Positions 23,326-33,861 of a stretch of DNA of 64,000 nt are shown here, piece by piece. A model generated the notes under the pieces. It was not told the DNA's origin, ran no database searches, and saw only the letters and a list, made by a program, of their open reading frames with translations. The stretch is taken from assembly GCA_963764725.1 (NCBI GenBank), contig CAVXTM010000012.1, positions 192,001 through 256,000 on the forward strand. The letters are read 5' to 3'. Position 1 is the stretch's first letter; every line of letters starts with the position of its first letter. The translations under genes were made by a program, and so were the position numbers. Source of the DNA: an uncultured Gammaproteobacteria bacterium. GTDB taxonomy: Bacteria > Pseudomonadota > Gammaproteobacteria > JACCXJ01.

Positions 23326-23607
23326 CTACAGCACCAGAACCACGCGCCTGTGACGGCTCAACTCGTGGTAGATGGCGTCGAGCTGGGCCTGGCTCTCGGC
23401 CTCGACCGTTACGGTCACGGCCAGATAGCGACCGCCGCGGCTCCGGCGCGTCGTTACCGCCGTTTCGCTGAGACTGCGCACGTGCTTGCGCACGATCCCG
23501 ACGACCAGCACGTCGAAGTCCTCCGCCGCATGTCCCATGGCCTTGATCGGGAACGAACACGGGAAAACGAACGGGGATTCGCGCTGCGGATACATGGTTT
23601 CGGCCAT
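23326..23607 (-). CDS. ybeD: YbeD (DUF493) family protein
   Basis: FPCSFPIKAMG, SRGGRYLAVTV, QLDAIY; lies upstream of lipB. Confidence 0.92.
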   Translation of the reverse strand: MAETMYPQRESPFVFPCSFPIKAMGHAAEDFDVLVVGIVRKHVRSLSETAVTTRRSRGGRYLAVTVTVEAESQAQLDAIYHELSRHRRVVLVL

Positions 23608-23630
23608 AGTGATGACTCGCGGAAAGAATG

Positions 23631-24314
23631 TTACTTGATCGTTCTGAACGTGAGATTAATCCTCGGGCCGCAAGGCACGTTCGATTTGGGCACGCGGTGG
23701 CGCCAGTGGTGTTGCGTCGACCCGGACATGAGGAGGAGGCTGCCGTCGGTCAGATCGATAACCGAACGGTAGGTCTTGCAGCGCTTGTGCTGTAGCTGGA
23801 AGGTCCGGGTGGCCCCGAAGCTCACCGAGCCAATGACCGGGCCTAAACTCGGCTCGTCGTCGCTATGCCAGCCCATGGAATCCGCCTCATTGCGATAGAG
23901 GTTCAGCAACACGCTATTGAAGATCGTCCCCGCGGCCTGCCCTACCCGCTCCCGAATGCTCAAGAGCGCCGGGAACCAGCCCCCCGCGATCAAGCTTAGG
24001 CCCGAGTACCCGTAGGTCACGCCCGCATCACCGTACCAGGCCGTCAGGCGTGGTGAGTTAAGCGTGCGGCCGAAGAGCGTGATGCGATCCTGCCGCCAGT
24101 CCACGCCGTCCGATAAGCTCTGAGAATAGCCCGCGCTCTCCGAGCCGGTAAACAATTCGCGCCACAGCAGCAGCTCCGAATCGGGCAGCGTGATCCGCTC
24201 CGGCGCCTTGATCGGCGGTCGAAGCTCGCTTGCTGGCGCATACCGGCCGCCCGGCCTCATCATTTCGTCAATTTGAGCGCCTACATCGAAACTCATGGAG
24301 CCGGCAACCTCCAT
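23631..24314 (-). CDS. AlkB-like 2-oxoglutarate/Fe(II) dioxygenase
   Basis: PRLTAWYG, LNLYR, GWHSDDE, HRVPK, RINLTFR. Confidence 0.92.
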   Translation of the reverse strand: MEVAGSMSFDVGAQIDEMMRPGGRYAPASELRPPIKAPERITLPDSELLLWRELFTGSESAGYSQSLSDGVDWRQDRITLFGRTLNSPRLTAWYGDAGVTYGYSGLSLIAGGWFPALLSIRERVGQAAGTIFNSVLLNLYRNEADSMGWHSDDEPSLGPVIGSVSFGATRTFQLQHKRCKTYRSVIDLTDGSLLLMSGSTQHHWRHRVPKSNVPCGPRINLTFRTIK

Positions 24315-24476
24315 CAGGGAGCTTTGTTTCCCCCGTCATCGTAGTCGGGTGACCTATTTGACCGCAGCCGGCCGGATAAAGAAAGCGGTGCTAACCAAGA
24401 TCACTGCTTCGCTTGACACGGTATTGCTGCTTGAATAAAGAATAATAACGGATGGAAATCGCGAGGCGCTCATTCG

Positions 24477-25760
24477 TTGCCTGATGTCCCGATCGGCGCA
24501 TTGTTTGCCGGTCTGATCGTTCTCATTCTATTGTCGGCCTTTTTCTCGGGGTCCGAGACCGCGTTGATGACCGTCAACCGCTATCGGTTACGGCACCTCG
24601 CGGATCAACACCATCGCGGCGCCGCGCGCGTCAGCGCGCTTCTGGAGCGGCCCGACCGCTTGATCGGGCTCATCCTGCTCGGTAACAATTTCGTCAATAA
24701 CCTCGCCTCATCCCTGGCGACGGTCATCGCGCTCAGCCTCATGGGGCGAGCGGGGATCGCGCTCGCCGCGGCCCTCCTGACCCTGGTCATGCTGATCTTC
24801 TCTGAGGTCGCTCCGAAGACCCTAGCGGTCTTGTACCCGGAAAAGGTGGCCTTCCCGGCCAGTACGATCCTGGCACCGCTTCTGCGGCTGTTGTACCCGG
24901 TCGTCTGGATCGTGAACCTGTTCGCCAACGGGCTGTTGCGGCTCATGGGAGTCCGGCTTGACGAGGGCACGGCCATGCCGCTGAGCCGTGAGGAACTGCG
25001 CACCGTCGTTGTGGAAGCGGGCGCCTTGATCCCGAAACGCCATCAACAGATGTTGGTCGGGATCCTCGATCTCGAGAAGATCTCGGTGCAAGATGTCATG
25101 GTGCCGCGCAACGAGATCGTGGCGATTGACTTGGAGGAGGACGCCGCGATCGTGACCGAGCATCTCAGGAACTGCCGGCACACTCGCACGCCGGTTTACC
25201 GTGGAACCATCGACAACGTGCTGGGATTAGTCCACGCGCGCCAGATCCCGCGCATCATCGGCCCTGACCAGAGCGCCGATAAGGAGGTCTTGGAGAAGCT
25301 CCTGTTACCGGCGTACTACGTCCCGTTCGGCACACCGCTCCATACGCAGCTTGCGAATTTCCAGCGCCAGCGGCAACGGCTCGGGGTCATCGTCGATGAG
25401 TACGGTGATGTCCAGGGTCTGCTGACGCTCGAGGATATTCTGGAAGAGATCGTCGGAAAATTTACCACCGATCCACAACAGTTAGGACGCGGGGTATTAG
25501 CCGATGTGGCGGGCGGCTATCTCATCGAGGGTGGGGCCAATGTCCGCGAGCTCAACCGCAAGCTGCGCTGGCGCTTGCCGACTACCGGACCAAAAACGCT
25601 CAACGGCTTGATTCTAGAGGCATTGGAAAGCATCCCTGAAGCGGGGACGGCCTTACGGATCGGGGGCTATACGATTGAAATCATGCAAACCAACGATCAT
25701 TCGGTCAAGACGGCGCGCGTGACGCCACCCGCGGGGAGCCGATTAGCTGACGCGAAATAA
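24477..25760 (+). CDS. HlyC/CorC (CNNM) family transporter
   Basis: SAFFSGSETA, ILLGNN, EVAPK, CBS pair with VDEYG, TLNGLILE. Confidence 0.93.
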   Translation: MPDVPIGALFAGLIVLILLSAFFSGSETALMTVNRYRLRHLADQHHRGAARVSALLERPDRLIGLILLGNNFVNNLASSLATVIALSLMGRAGIALAAALLTLVMLIFSEVAPKTLAVLYPEKVAFPASTILAPLLRLLYPVVWIVNLFANGLLRLMGVRLDEGTAMPLSREELRTVVVEAGALIPKRHQQMLVGILDLEKISVQDVMVPRNEIVAIDLEEDAAIVTEHLRNCRHTRTPVYRGTIDNVLGLVHARQIPRIIGPDQSADKEVLEKLLLPAYYVPFGTPLHTQLANFQRQRQRLGVIVDEYGDVQGLLTLEDILEEIVGKFTTDPQQLGRGVLADVAGGYLIEGGANVRELNRKLRWRLPTTGPKTLNGLILEALESIPEAGTALRIGGYTIEIMQTNDHSVKTARVTPPAGSRLADAK

Positions 25761-25770
25761 CGGCACACGA

Positions 25771-27141
25771 TTAAATCGACGCTAGGGCCGCTTCCAACCG
25801 CTCGGGCGCGGTGATCTCGAGGCCGACCATTTCGCCCCGCGGGGCATTTGCCTTCGGGACCAGCGCGCGCCGGAAGCCGTGTTTTGCCGCTTCGCGTAGC
25901 CGCTCGCTACCGTTCGGAACCGGCCGCAGCTCGCCGGACAAGCCCACCTCGCCGAAAACCACCATATCCGCCGGAAGCGGACGGCCCCGCAGACTCGACA
26001 GCACCGCCAGGATGACCGCCAGATCGGCGCCGGTCTCGGTGACTCGTATCCCGCCGACCACATTGACGAAAATATCTTGGTCATGGGTCACGATCCCGCC
26101 GTGTCGGTGTAAAACGGCGAGCAGCATAGCGAGGCGGTTGGGGTCTAAACCGACCGCGACCCGGCGCGGATTCGCGAGGAACGACTGATCGACCAGAGCC
26201 TGCACCTCGATCAATAACGGACGGCTCCCCTGGCGGCATACCATCACCACGCTCCCGGCGGCGCCTTGGGCATGCCGTTGCAGAAAGATCGCCGAGGGAT
26301 TGGTCACCGGCCGCAGACCACCCTCGGTCATGGCGAAAATACCCAGCTCGTGGACTGGCCCATAGCGATTCTTGGTCGAGCGCAAGATCCGGAAGCGGCT
26401 GCTGTCATCGCCCTCGAAATAGAGCACCGTATCGACCATGTGCTCGAGCACGCGCGGCCCGGCGATCATGCCTTCCTTGGTCACGTGCCCGACCAGGAAC
26501 ACGGAGGCGCCGGAATTCTTCGCGTAGCGGATGAGTTGGGCAGCGCTTTCGCGCACTTGACCGACGCTTCCCGGCGCCGAGGCCAAGGCTTCCGTAAAAA
26601 CGGTCTGAATCGAGTCGATAATCATGACCCTCGGCGCTTCTTGCGCGGCCACGCCGAGGATCGACTCCAGGCGGGTTTCGGTTAGGAGCTTGATGCGCGC
26701 GGTTTCGATCCCAAGCCGGCGGCTGCGCAGAGCGACTTGCTGAGCCGACTCCTCGCCGCTCACATACAGGCCGGAACACTTGCCCCCGCCAGTCGCCGCG
26801 GCCAGCATCTGCAGCAACAAGGTGGATTTCCCGATGCCCGGGTCACCTCCGATCAATACCACGGCGCCCGCCACGATGCCCCCGCCCAAGACCCGGTCCA
26901 CCTCTCCCACACCGCTTGGGATCCCCGCTTCATTGGCGGAAGAAATCGCCTCGAGCATGCAGGCGCGGGCGGGCTCTGCGGCTCCGGGACGGTTTTCCGC
27001 CGCGCCCGACCGCTCTGAATAGGCTATTTCGACCAGCGTATTCCAGGCGCCGCAATCGCCGCACTGACCCGACCACTTGGGCGCGAGCGCGCCGCAACCG
27101 TGGCATTGATACGCGAATTTAGCCCGCGTGCCCATAGGCAT
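25771..27141 (-). CDS. radA: DNA repair protein RadA/Sms
   Basis: C4 zinc finger, GDPGIGKST, KNRYG, GEVGLSGELR. Confidence 0.96.
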   Translation of the reverse strand: MPMGTRAKFAYQCHGCGALAPKWSGQCGDCGAWNTLVEIAYSERSGAAENRPGAAEPARACMLEAISSANEAGIPSGVGEVDRVLGGGIVAGAVVLIGGDPGIGKSTLLLQMLAAATGGGKCSGLYVSGEESAQQVALRSRRLGIETARIKLLTETRLESILGVAAQEAPRVMIIDSIQTVFTEALASAPGSVGQVRESAAQLIRYAKNSGASVFLVGHVTKEGMIAGPRVLEHMVDTVLYFEGDDSSRFRILRSTKNRYGPVHELGIFAMTEGGLRPVTNPSAIFLQRHAQGAAGSVVMVCRQGSRPLLIEVQALVDQSFLANPRRVAVGLDPNRLAMLLAVLHRHGGIVTHDQDIFVNVVGGIRVTETGADLAVILAVLSSLRGRPLPADMVVFGEVGLSGELRPVPNGSERLREAAKHGFRRALVPKANAPRGEMVGLEITAPERLEAALASI

Positions 27142-27250
27142 CGGCCTTGATGATGGCCATGATCTTTTGCCGCGGCGCCAGAGCGCGTACGCGCTCGAGG
27201 TTGGCCTTGGCGGCCTCTACGTCATAGTCGACGCGGGCGGGACGGCTCAT
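27119..27250 (-). pseudogene. alr: Alanine racemase truncated to 43 aa
   Basis: Manual translation MSRPARVDYDVEAAKANLERVRALAPRQKIMAIIKADAYGHAG*; PLP-lysine motif KADAYGH; ATG overlaps the dnaB TGA at the usual dnaB-alr-radA position. Confidence 0.85.
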
Positions 27251-28680
27251 CCATAATCCCTCGCCGGCCGCCCGTAGCTCTCTGCGGTAAAGCTCTCGAA
27301 GCGCGTGTATTCCCCCAAGAAGGTCATAGGCACCATGCCGATGGGACCGTTGCGTTGTTTCGCCACGATGATCTCGGCTTTCCCTTTGTCGGCGCTGTTC
27401 TCGTTGTAGACCTCGTCGCGGTAAATGAACACGATGAGATCGGCGTCTTGTTCGATGGCGCCGGATTCGCGCAGATCCGCCATGCGCGGGCGCTTATCCG
27501 GCCGCTGCTCCAAACCGCGATTCAACTGCGACAAAGCGACGACCGGAACACGCAGCTCTTTTGCGAGGGCCTTGAGCGTACGCGATATTTCCGAGATCTC
27601 GGTCGCCCGGTTTTCCTTGATTCCCGGGACCTGCATGAGCTGCAGATAATCGACGATCACAAGGCCGAGCCCATGTTCGCGGGCAATGCGCCGGCACTTG
27701 CCGCAAAGCTCGCCTGGCGACAGGGCCGGCGTGTCGTCGATAAACATCTTGGCTTTGTCCAAGATCGCCACCGTCGAGGTGACGCGGGGCCAATCATCAT
27801 CGCTCAGCTTCCCCGTCCGCACCTTTCTCTGGTCGATGCGCCCGAGCGAGGCGATCATGCGCATCGCCAGTTGCTCGCCCGACATCTCCATGGAAAAAAT
27901 CGCGACCGGCAGGTCATCCTTGATCGCCGCGTGTTCCGCGATGTTGATGGCAAAAGCGGTCTTGCCCATCGATGGCCGCCCGGCGATGATGACTAAATCC
28001 GAGGGCTGGAGTCCCGCCGTAAGCTCATCGAAATCAGTAAAGCCGGTTGCAATGCCCGTGATCGCGCTGCCCTTGCGAAACAACGTGTCGATGCGGTCCA
28101 AGGCATGGGCCAATAGCTCCTGAACCTTCAGGTAGCCGCGGCGGCCGCGCTGTTGGTGGTCGGCGATCTCGAAGACCACGCGTTCCGCGGCATCGAGCAA
28201 CTCCTCGGAGCTGCGTCCTTCGGTATTGAAGGCGCCGTGAGCGATCTCCGTGCCGGCATGGATGAGTTGCCGCAGCACTGCGCGTTCCCGGACAATGTCC
28301 GCATAGGCGGCGATATTGGCGGCGCTGGGCGTATTCTCGACCAGTGCGACAAGATAAGCGAGTCCACCGGCCTTTTCGAGCTCCGCCGCGGTCGCGAGCC
28401 ATTCGGACAGCGTGATCACATCGTAAGGCCTGCTCTCCGCCGCAAGCCGCTCGATCGCGCGGAAGATCAGCCGGTGCTCTAAACGATAAAAGTCATGCTC
28501 GGTGAGGCGCTCGACGACCTGGGTCCAGCTTTCGTTGTCGAGCAACAAACCGCCCAATACGGACTGTTCGGCCTCCACGGAGTGCGGCGGGACCTTAAGA
28601 CCTTCTCGAACAGCGTCCCGGGGATTGGAAGCGCGATACTCCACGCTAGCCGGCCCGCGCTCGTAGACCGGCCGCTCCAA
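27247..28680 (-). CDS. dnaB: Replicative DNA helicase
   Basis: PPHSVEAEQSVLG, GRPSMGKT, VDYLQLM, DLRESGAIEQDAD, KQRNGP. Confidence 0.97.
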   Translation of the reverse strand: MERPVYERGPASVEYRASNPRDAVREGLKVPPHSVEAEQSVLGGLLLDNESWTQVVERLTEHDFYRLEHRLIFRAIERLAAESRPYDVITLSEWLATAAELEKAGGLAYLVALVENTPSAANIAAYADIVRERAVLRQLIHAGTEIAHGAFNTEGRSSEELLDAAERVVFEIADHQQRGRRGYLKVQELLAHALDRIDTLFRKGSAITGIATGFTDFDELTAGLQPSDLVIIAGRPSMGKTAFAINIAEHAAIKDDLPVAIFSMEMSGEQLAMRMIASLGRIDQRKVRTGKLSDDDWPRVTSTVAILDKAKMFIDDTPALSPGELCGKCRRIAREHGLGLVIVDYLQLMQVPGIKENRATEISEISRTLKALAKELRVPVVALSQLNRGLEQRPDKRPRMADLRESGAIEQDADLIVFIYRDEVYNENSADKGKAEIIVAKQRNGPIGMVPMTFLGEYTRFESFTAESYGRPARDYG

Positions 28681-28751
28681 GGCGTAGCGCTGCAGGGCGA
28701 GGGGCTCGCCGCCACAGTGTGGCTGACATGCGCTTATCCGTGTTTAAGCGC

Positions 28752-29213
28752 TTAGGAGGTTCCTTCATCCTCCGCCGCGATGACGACTTTGATGGCCACA
28801 TCCACGTCCGGGTGCAGATGCACTCGGATTTCGTGCACGCCAATTTCGCGCAGAGGCCCTTGCGGTAGCCTGATCTGTTTCTTTTCCATTGCCACCCCCG
28901 CTGCCGTCACCGCTGTCGCGATGTCCAGCGTACCGACCGACCCAAACAGCTTCCCCTCGGATCCGGCACGGGCTCGAACAGTAACGGACAAGTTTTCCAG
29001 GGCCTTAGCCAGCGACCGCGCCTCCGCTAGCGCGAGCTCCTGGGACTTAATCAACTCGCCGCGGGCGGTTTCAAACCTGGCTAAGCTGGCGGCCGTTGCC
29101 GGCACTGCTTTCCTGCTTGGAATTAGAAAGTTACGTGCATACCCTGGTCTCACCTTCACGCGGTCGCCGAGATCACCGAGCCGGTGCACTCTCTCGATTA
29201 GAATGACTTCCAT
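28752..29213 (-). CDS. rplI: 50S ribosomal protein L9
   Basis: MEVILIE..LG..GD.VKVRPGYARNFLIP, GKLFGSV. Confidence 0.97.
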   Translation of the reverse strand: MEVILIERVHRLGDLGDRVKVRPGYARNFLIPSRKAVPATAASLARFETARGELIKSQELALAEARSLAKALENLSVTVRARAGSEGKLFGSVGTLDIATAVTAAGVAMEKKQIRLPQGPLREIGVHEIRVHLHPDVDVAIKVVIAAEDEGTS

Positions 29214-29352
29214 TACCTCACCTCATTGCTTTCGCTAAACGCTTTTTGATCGCCGGATGCGCCGAGACACCACGCAATACCATGCTCGCCTATCGTGTGA
29301 TATGTCTCTTAGTTCGCTCCGTGGCTCCTGGCGCTCCGGCTGCTCGCGACGA

Positions 29353-29476
29353 TTTATTCGGTAATACCCCGCCGCTTGCGGAGGGCACTCTAGCATTGGG
29401 GTTTCCAAAGGGGAGCAGTGCAAGTCTCCTCTTTGGTCCCCTGCGGGGTAAATGCTCCACAGGCGAAATATATTGA
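29353..29476 (-). repeat. Dispersed three-hairpin repeat, copy B
   Basis: TTTATTC...ATACCCCGCCGCTTGCGG...CATTGGGGTTTCCAAAGGGG...CTTTGGTC...GCGAAAT. Confidence 0.85.
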
Positions 29477-29487
29477 CTCACAAGATC

Positions 29488-30414
29488 TCAAGCCGCAGCG
29501 CCCCCGCGAAAACTTGGCGGCGGTAGTCCTCTGAAATTGACCGCCCGGTCCAGCAGGCCGCAAGCGGCAAGACCGAACACGGTGTAGTGCGGGGTGATAA
29601 ACAGCACGACATAGAGAATCACGAGCCAAGCTTTGGAATATCCCCGGGCCCGATGCTGGTGGTGCACGACTGCGAGCCCCTGAAAGCAATAAAGCACACA
29701 GGCCACGACCACCAGATCCACGATCATGCCATAGGGACGCGCCCGGCGCACGATTTCGAATACCAAGTAGATTATCATCGCAACAGTCGGAAACGCCAGC
29801 ACCCCGGGCAAGCGCAGCACCTCGAACTCCGTGCGGAAGCCTCCCGGGTTATAGAGCGCCGCCTGCCACCAGCGTGCTAGGAGCAGTGTAACGACGATGC
29901 TGAATTCTATGGCTGCGGCGATAAGCGGATTCATCACCGCGGCAAGCTCCACGAGCATTTCCTCCGGGACGAGAACATCGCGATCGGACTCGGCCTGCCG
30001 AAACACGCGCTTCAGTATATCCTCCCACCAGGCATCGACGTCGCTCAGCGTAACGCGCATCGCAACGACGAAAAGCCCCGCCATCACGCCGACGGCTGAA
30101 AGCATCACGCCCTGCTCGCGCGAGACGCGCAACACCAGGGCACCGAGCCATACCGGCAGCCACAGCGCCACGAGGAGCGAAACCACCGGCAGGAGGTTAC
30201 GAAAACCGCCGAACGCCACCGCGCCGCTCAGAAAGGCGGCGCCGGCAATGACAAACGTTCCCTCGCGCGCACCGTGCCGGAGCGCGACCAGACCGACGGC
30301 AGCGCCGCTCAGGTAGGAAACCGGGGGCATGAGCCAGCTCAAAACACCGCATAGACCCGCGACCCCCGCGGCCTGCAAGCGCCCGCGCATCACATATTCG
30401 GCGAGGACCTTCAC
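29488..30414 (-). CDS. DUF2232/YybS-like membrane protein
   Basis: LAEYVMRGRLQA, LARWWQAALYNPGGFRTEF; sits between rpsR and rplI. Confidence 0.85.
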   Translation of the reverse strand: MKVLAEYVMRGRLQAAGVAGLCGVLSWLMPPVSYLSGAAVGLVALRHGAREGTFVIAGAAFLSGAVAFGGFRNLLPVVSLLVALWLPVWLGALVLRVSREQGVMLSAVGVMAGLFVVAMRVTLSDVDAWWEDILKRVFRQAESDRDVLVPEEMLVELAAVMNPLIAAAIEFSIVVTLLLARWWQAALYNPGGFRTEFEVLRLPGVLAFPTVAMIIYLVFEIVRRARPYGMIVDLVVVACVLYCFQGLAVVHHQHRARGYSKAWLVILYVVLFITPHYTVFGLAACGLLDRAVNFRGLPPPSFRGGAAA

Positions 30415-30458
30415 GCCATCACGCCGGACCGAGCAGGCGGCGGCCGGGCGTGGCGCTT

Positions 30459-30683
30459 TTAATGAGAGTCACAATAGGGAAGCAGCGCGAGGAACCTCGC
30501 CCGCTTGATGGCCGTTGCCAGTTGGCGTTGATAACGCGCCTTCGTGCCCGAGATGCGGCTCGGCATGATCTTGCCGGTCTCTGTAAGATAAGCCTTGAGC
30601 GTGTTTAGATCCTTGTAATCGATCTCCTTGACGCCTTCGGCCGTGAACCGGCAAAACCGCTTACGACGAAAAAATCGTGACAT
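30459..30683 (-). CDS. rpsR: 30S ribosomal protein S18
   Basis: [33 protein letters not shown]. Confidence 0.98.
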   Translation of the reverse strand: MSRFFRRKRFCRFTAEGVKEIDYKDLNTLKAYLTETGKIMPSRISGTKARYQRQLATAIKRARFLALLPYCDSH

Positions 30684-30687
30684 ACCT

Positions 30688-31125
30688 TCACCTCATCTGG
30701 ACAACATCTGCTATTTCCTCTCCTGCATTCGAATCCGCGCGATCCGGACTTTCAACCACGCTCGGTTCCGGTGTGGGTCTTGAGCCCTCGACCGGCTCTT
30801 CGTCCTCCGCGCGTCTTGCCAAGAGCGAAGGCTCGGTCACCGCTTCATCCCGGCGCATTACCAGATTGCGGATGACCGCGTCATTGAATCGGAAAGCGTT
30901 GTTCAGCTCGCTTAAGGTCTCCCCGTCGCACTCCACATTCATCAATACGTAATGCGCCTTGTGAACCTTTTCGATGAGGTAAGCTAATTGCCTGCGGCCC
31001 CAATCCTCGAGCCGATGGATAGCGCCACCCCGCGTTTCGATCATTGAACGGTAGCGGTTGATCATAGCGGGGACTTGCTCACTCTGATCGGGGTGAACAA
31101 GAAATACAATCTCGTAGTGTCGCAT
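30688..31125 (-). CDS. rpsF: 30S ribosomal protein S6
   Basis: [28 protein letters not shown]; GAGGAG RBS; no priB follows. Confidence 0.98.
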   Translation of the reverse strand: MRHYEIVFLVHPDQSEQVPAMINRYRSMIETRGGAIHRLEDWGRRQLAYLIEKVHKAHYVLMNVECDGETLSELNNAFRFNDAVIRNLVMRRDEAVTEPSLLARRAEDEEPVEGSRPTPEPSVVESPDRADSNAGEEIADVVQMR

Positions 31126-31253
31126 TAGTCGCTCCTCACGGGTTATCACCTCCCGGCTGACGCTCTCGGCGCGTCGCGGTGAGGCAAGGAGAGTTGCTAC
31201 AAACGCGGCCCGCAGGCGGGCGCGCTGTTTTCAGCGCCGCGAATTCTATTTCA

Positions 31254-32207
31254 TTAACCTCCGTCGCGCAATTTTCTAGTTGGATTATGTGCCATCGCAA
31301 TTGCTTCCGAGACACGTTCGGGAGCGCGCATCGAGCCGTACAGCGAGTCCAGGTATTTCCTGAAGTCCGACTCCTCCTCTGGGTGTTTCAGCGCGTATCC
31401 TACCGTCGCTTGTAGAAAACCGAGCTTTGATCCGCAATCGTAGCGTTTCCCTTCGAACTCTAACGACAGGACGGTTTTCTTGGCGAGAAGCTTCGCGATA
31501 GCGTCGGTGAGTTGAATCTCGCCGCGAGCGTCCTCTGCCGTGTGTTCGAGGACCGACATGATGTCGGGCGTAAGAATGTAACGGCCGACCACAGCGAGGT
31601 TCGAGGGGGCGTCCTCGGGCCGGGGTTTCTCGACGATGCTGTGTACCTTGCCGACCCGTGGTTCAATGGCTTGAGAGACCACAATGCCGTATCGGCCAGT
31701 CTCCTCTTGCGGTACGGGTTCGACGGCGAGCACCCCGCAGTTATAGCGCGAATACAGATCGACCATCTGTGAAAGGCAGCCGGCATGATTAGCGTCAATC
31801 AGGTCATCGGCGAGCACGACGGCAAACGGTTCTTTGCCAATCACGGGTCTCGCGCAAAGGACGGCGTGACCGAGCCCTAAAGCTTCGGGTTGGCGAATAT
31901 AGATACAGGACACACCCGGCGGGAGAATGTTGGTGGCGAGGTCCAGCATCTTGGTCTTATTGTGTTTCTTTAGCTCGGCTTCCAGCTCATAAGCCTTGTC
32001 GAAATGATCCTCTATCGCGCGTTTATTGCGGCCGGTAATGAATACGAGCTCCGTCACGCCCGCCGCTACCGCTTCTTCGACGGCATATTGAATGAGCGGT
32101 TTGTCCACGATGGGCAGCATCTCTTTCGGGTTGGCTTTCGTCGCCGGGAGGAAACGTGTCCCTAGACCGGCCACGGGGAAGACTGCTTTTTTCACCAGTC
32201 TACTCAT
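31254..32207 (-). CDS. galU: UTP-glucose-1-phosphate uridylyltransferase
   Basis: [39 protein letters not shown]. Confidence 0.96.
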   Translation of the reverse strand: MSRLVKKAVFPVAGLGTRFLPATKANPKEMLPIVDKPLIQYAVEEAVAAGVTELVFITGRNKRAIEDHFDKAYELEAELKKHNKTKMLDLATNILPPGVSCIYIRQPEALGLGHAVLCARPVIGKEPFAVVLADDLIDANHAGCLSQMVDLYSRYNCGVLAVEPVPQEETGRYGIVVSQAIEPRVGKVHSIVEKPRPEDAPSNLAVVGRYILTPDIMSVLEHTAEDARGEIQLTDAIAKLLAKKTVLSLEFEGKRYDCGSKLGFLQATVGYALKHPEEESDFRKYLDSLYGSMRAPERVSEAIAMAHNPTRKLRDGG

Positions 32208-32251
32208 GGTGTTGCCTCCATAATTTTATAAGAATAGCGCAGCACTGACCG

Positions 32252-33736
32252 CTACACGCGATGGTATGCGTCCGCGAAGCGCACGATATCGTCTTCTCCC
32301 AGGTACGCGCCCGATTGCACCTCAATGATCTCGAGCGGGATCGTCCCAGGGTTTTCCAGTCTGTGTTGGACGCCGAGGGGAATATAGGTCGATTGATTCT
32401 CCGTCAGCAGGAATTCCTCCTCCCCGCGCGTCACGCGCGCCGTGCCTTTGACGACGATCCAGTGCTCCGCCCGGTGATGGTGCATCTGCAGCGACAGCTT
32501 CGCGCCAGGCTGAACGACGATGCGCTTGACCTGAAACCGCTCTCCCTGGTCAATGCTCTCATAGCTTCCCCAAGGACGGTAGACGCGGCGGTGATTCACG
32601 CGCTCTTCCCGGGCGTGTTCCTGCATCCACGCGATCACCTGCTTCACCCCCTGGGCCTTGTCTTTGGGGAGCACGAGCACGGCATCCGCGGTCTCCACGA
32701 CGACCAGATCATCACACCCGAGCACGGCGAGGAGACGCGATTCCGACAGCAACAAGTTGTTCCGCGCATCGAGCGCGCAGACATCGCCAAAAACAGCATT
32801 ACCGTCGCTATCACGCTCGGCAATGTCCCACAGACTCGACCAGGCCCCGACATCCGACCACCCTGCATCGAGTGGCACCATTGCGGTACGGAAAAAAAAG
32901 TCGCTGGAAACCTTCTCCATCACCGCGTAATCGATCGAATCGCTGGGGCAGGCTTCGAACTCTTGGCGTTGCATACGGTAAAACCCGCCGTCGAGTTGCG
33001 CCTCGCCACAGGCGCGCTCGCACGCGGCCAAAATATCCGGCCGGTAATGCCCGATGGCTTGAAGCCACTGCGACGTCTTCATCATGAAGATCCCGCTGTT
33101 CCAGAGATAATTCCCGGCGCTGACGTAAAATTGCGCGCGCTCCGCGTCGGGCTTTTCGGCAAAGGCCTTTACATGAAAGGCTTTGTGCGGAGCGATTGCA
33201 TCGCGACCCCTATCGATCTCCGCACCGCGTTCGATATATCCGTACCCGGCTTCGGGTTTGGTGGGCGCTACCCCGAAGGTAACTAAATAGTCATCCTGGG
33301 CCAAGCTGATGCCTCTGAGTACAGCCCGGCAAAACGCCGCGGGGTTTTGAATGACGTGATCGGCCGGCATCATAAGGACGACACACTCGGGGCTGCGCGC
33401 TTGGCACACCAGTGCGGCGCAGGTGAGCGCGGGCGCCGTGTTGCGGCCCACCGGCTCAAGCATGATGCTGCTTGGCTCTACCTCCACCTGACGGGCCTGT
33501 TCGGTCACGAGAAACCGGTGGTCCTCGTTACATACGACGATCGGCGGCGGCAATGTCAGAGAATAGGAGGCGCTGTCCGGCATCGAAGCCAGACCATCCA
33601 GCCGCCGCAGTGTCTGCTGCAATAAAGTCGCCGCCCTCCCGAGCTTCAAAAACTGCTTCGGGTACTGCTCGCGGGACAGCGGCCAAAGGCGCGTCCCGCC
33701 GCCCCCAGCAAGTATGATCGGAAATAGCGTGGTCAT
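32252..33736 (-). CDS. manC: Mannose-1-phosphate guanylyltransferase / mannose-6-phosphate isomerase
   Basis: GGGGTRLWPLSR, SIDYAVME, WSDVGAW, C-terminal cupin RPWG...HHHRAEHW. Confidence 0.94.
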   Translation of the reverse strand: MTTLFPIILAGGGGTRLWPLSREQYPKQFLKLGRAATLLQQTLRRLDGLASMPDSASYSLTLPPPIVVCNEDHRFLVTEQARQVEVEPSSIMLEPVGRNTAPALTCAALVCQARSPECVVLMMPADHVIQNPAAFCRAVLRGISLAQDDYLVTFGVAPTKPEAGYGYIERGAEIDRGRDAIAPHKAFHVKAFAEKPDAERAQFYVSAGNYLWNSGIFMMKTSQWLQAIGHYRPDILAACERACGEAQLDGGFYRMQRQEFEACPSDSIDYAVMEKVSSDFFFRTAMVPLDAGWSDVGAWSSLWDIAERDSDGNAVFGDVCALDARNNLLLSESRLLAVLGCDDLVVVETADAVLVLPKDKAQGVKQVIAWMQEHAREERVNHRRVYRPWGSYESIDQGERFQVKRIVVQPGAKLSLQMHHHRAEHWIVVKGTARVTRGEEEFLLTENQSTYIPLGVQHRLENPGTIPLEIIEVQSGAYLGEDDIVRFADAYHRV

Positions 33737-33861
33737 GAGATTTTATGCACAGCAATCGGTATGCCGGTGAACCCCTCTTCCCGTACGTTAATCTCGATCG
33801 GGCGCGAAAATATAAATATATTAACCCGCGCGCGCCCTCGGATGCGCCTGCGCTGGCGCCG

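Noticed and set aside
23324-23560. N-terminal extension of LipB in the ORF track
   Set aside because: It overlaps ybeD in another frame; LipB similarity begins at MRPLIRDLG.
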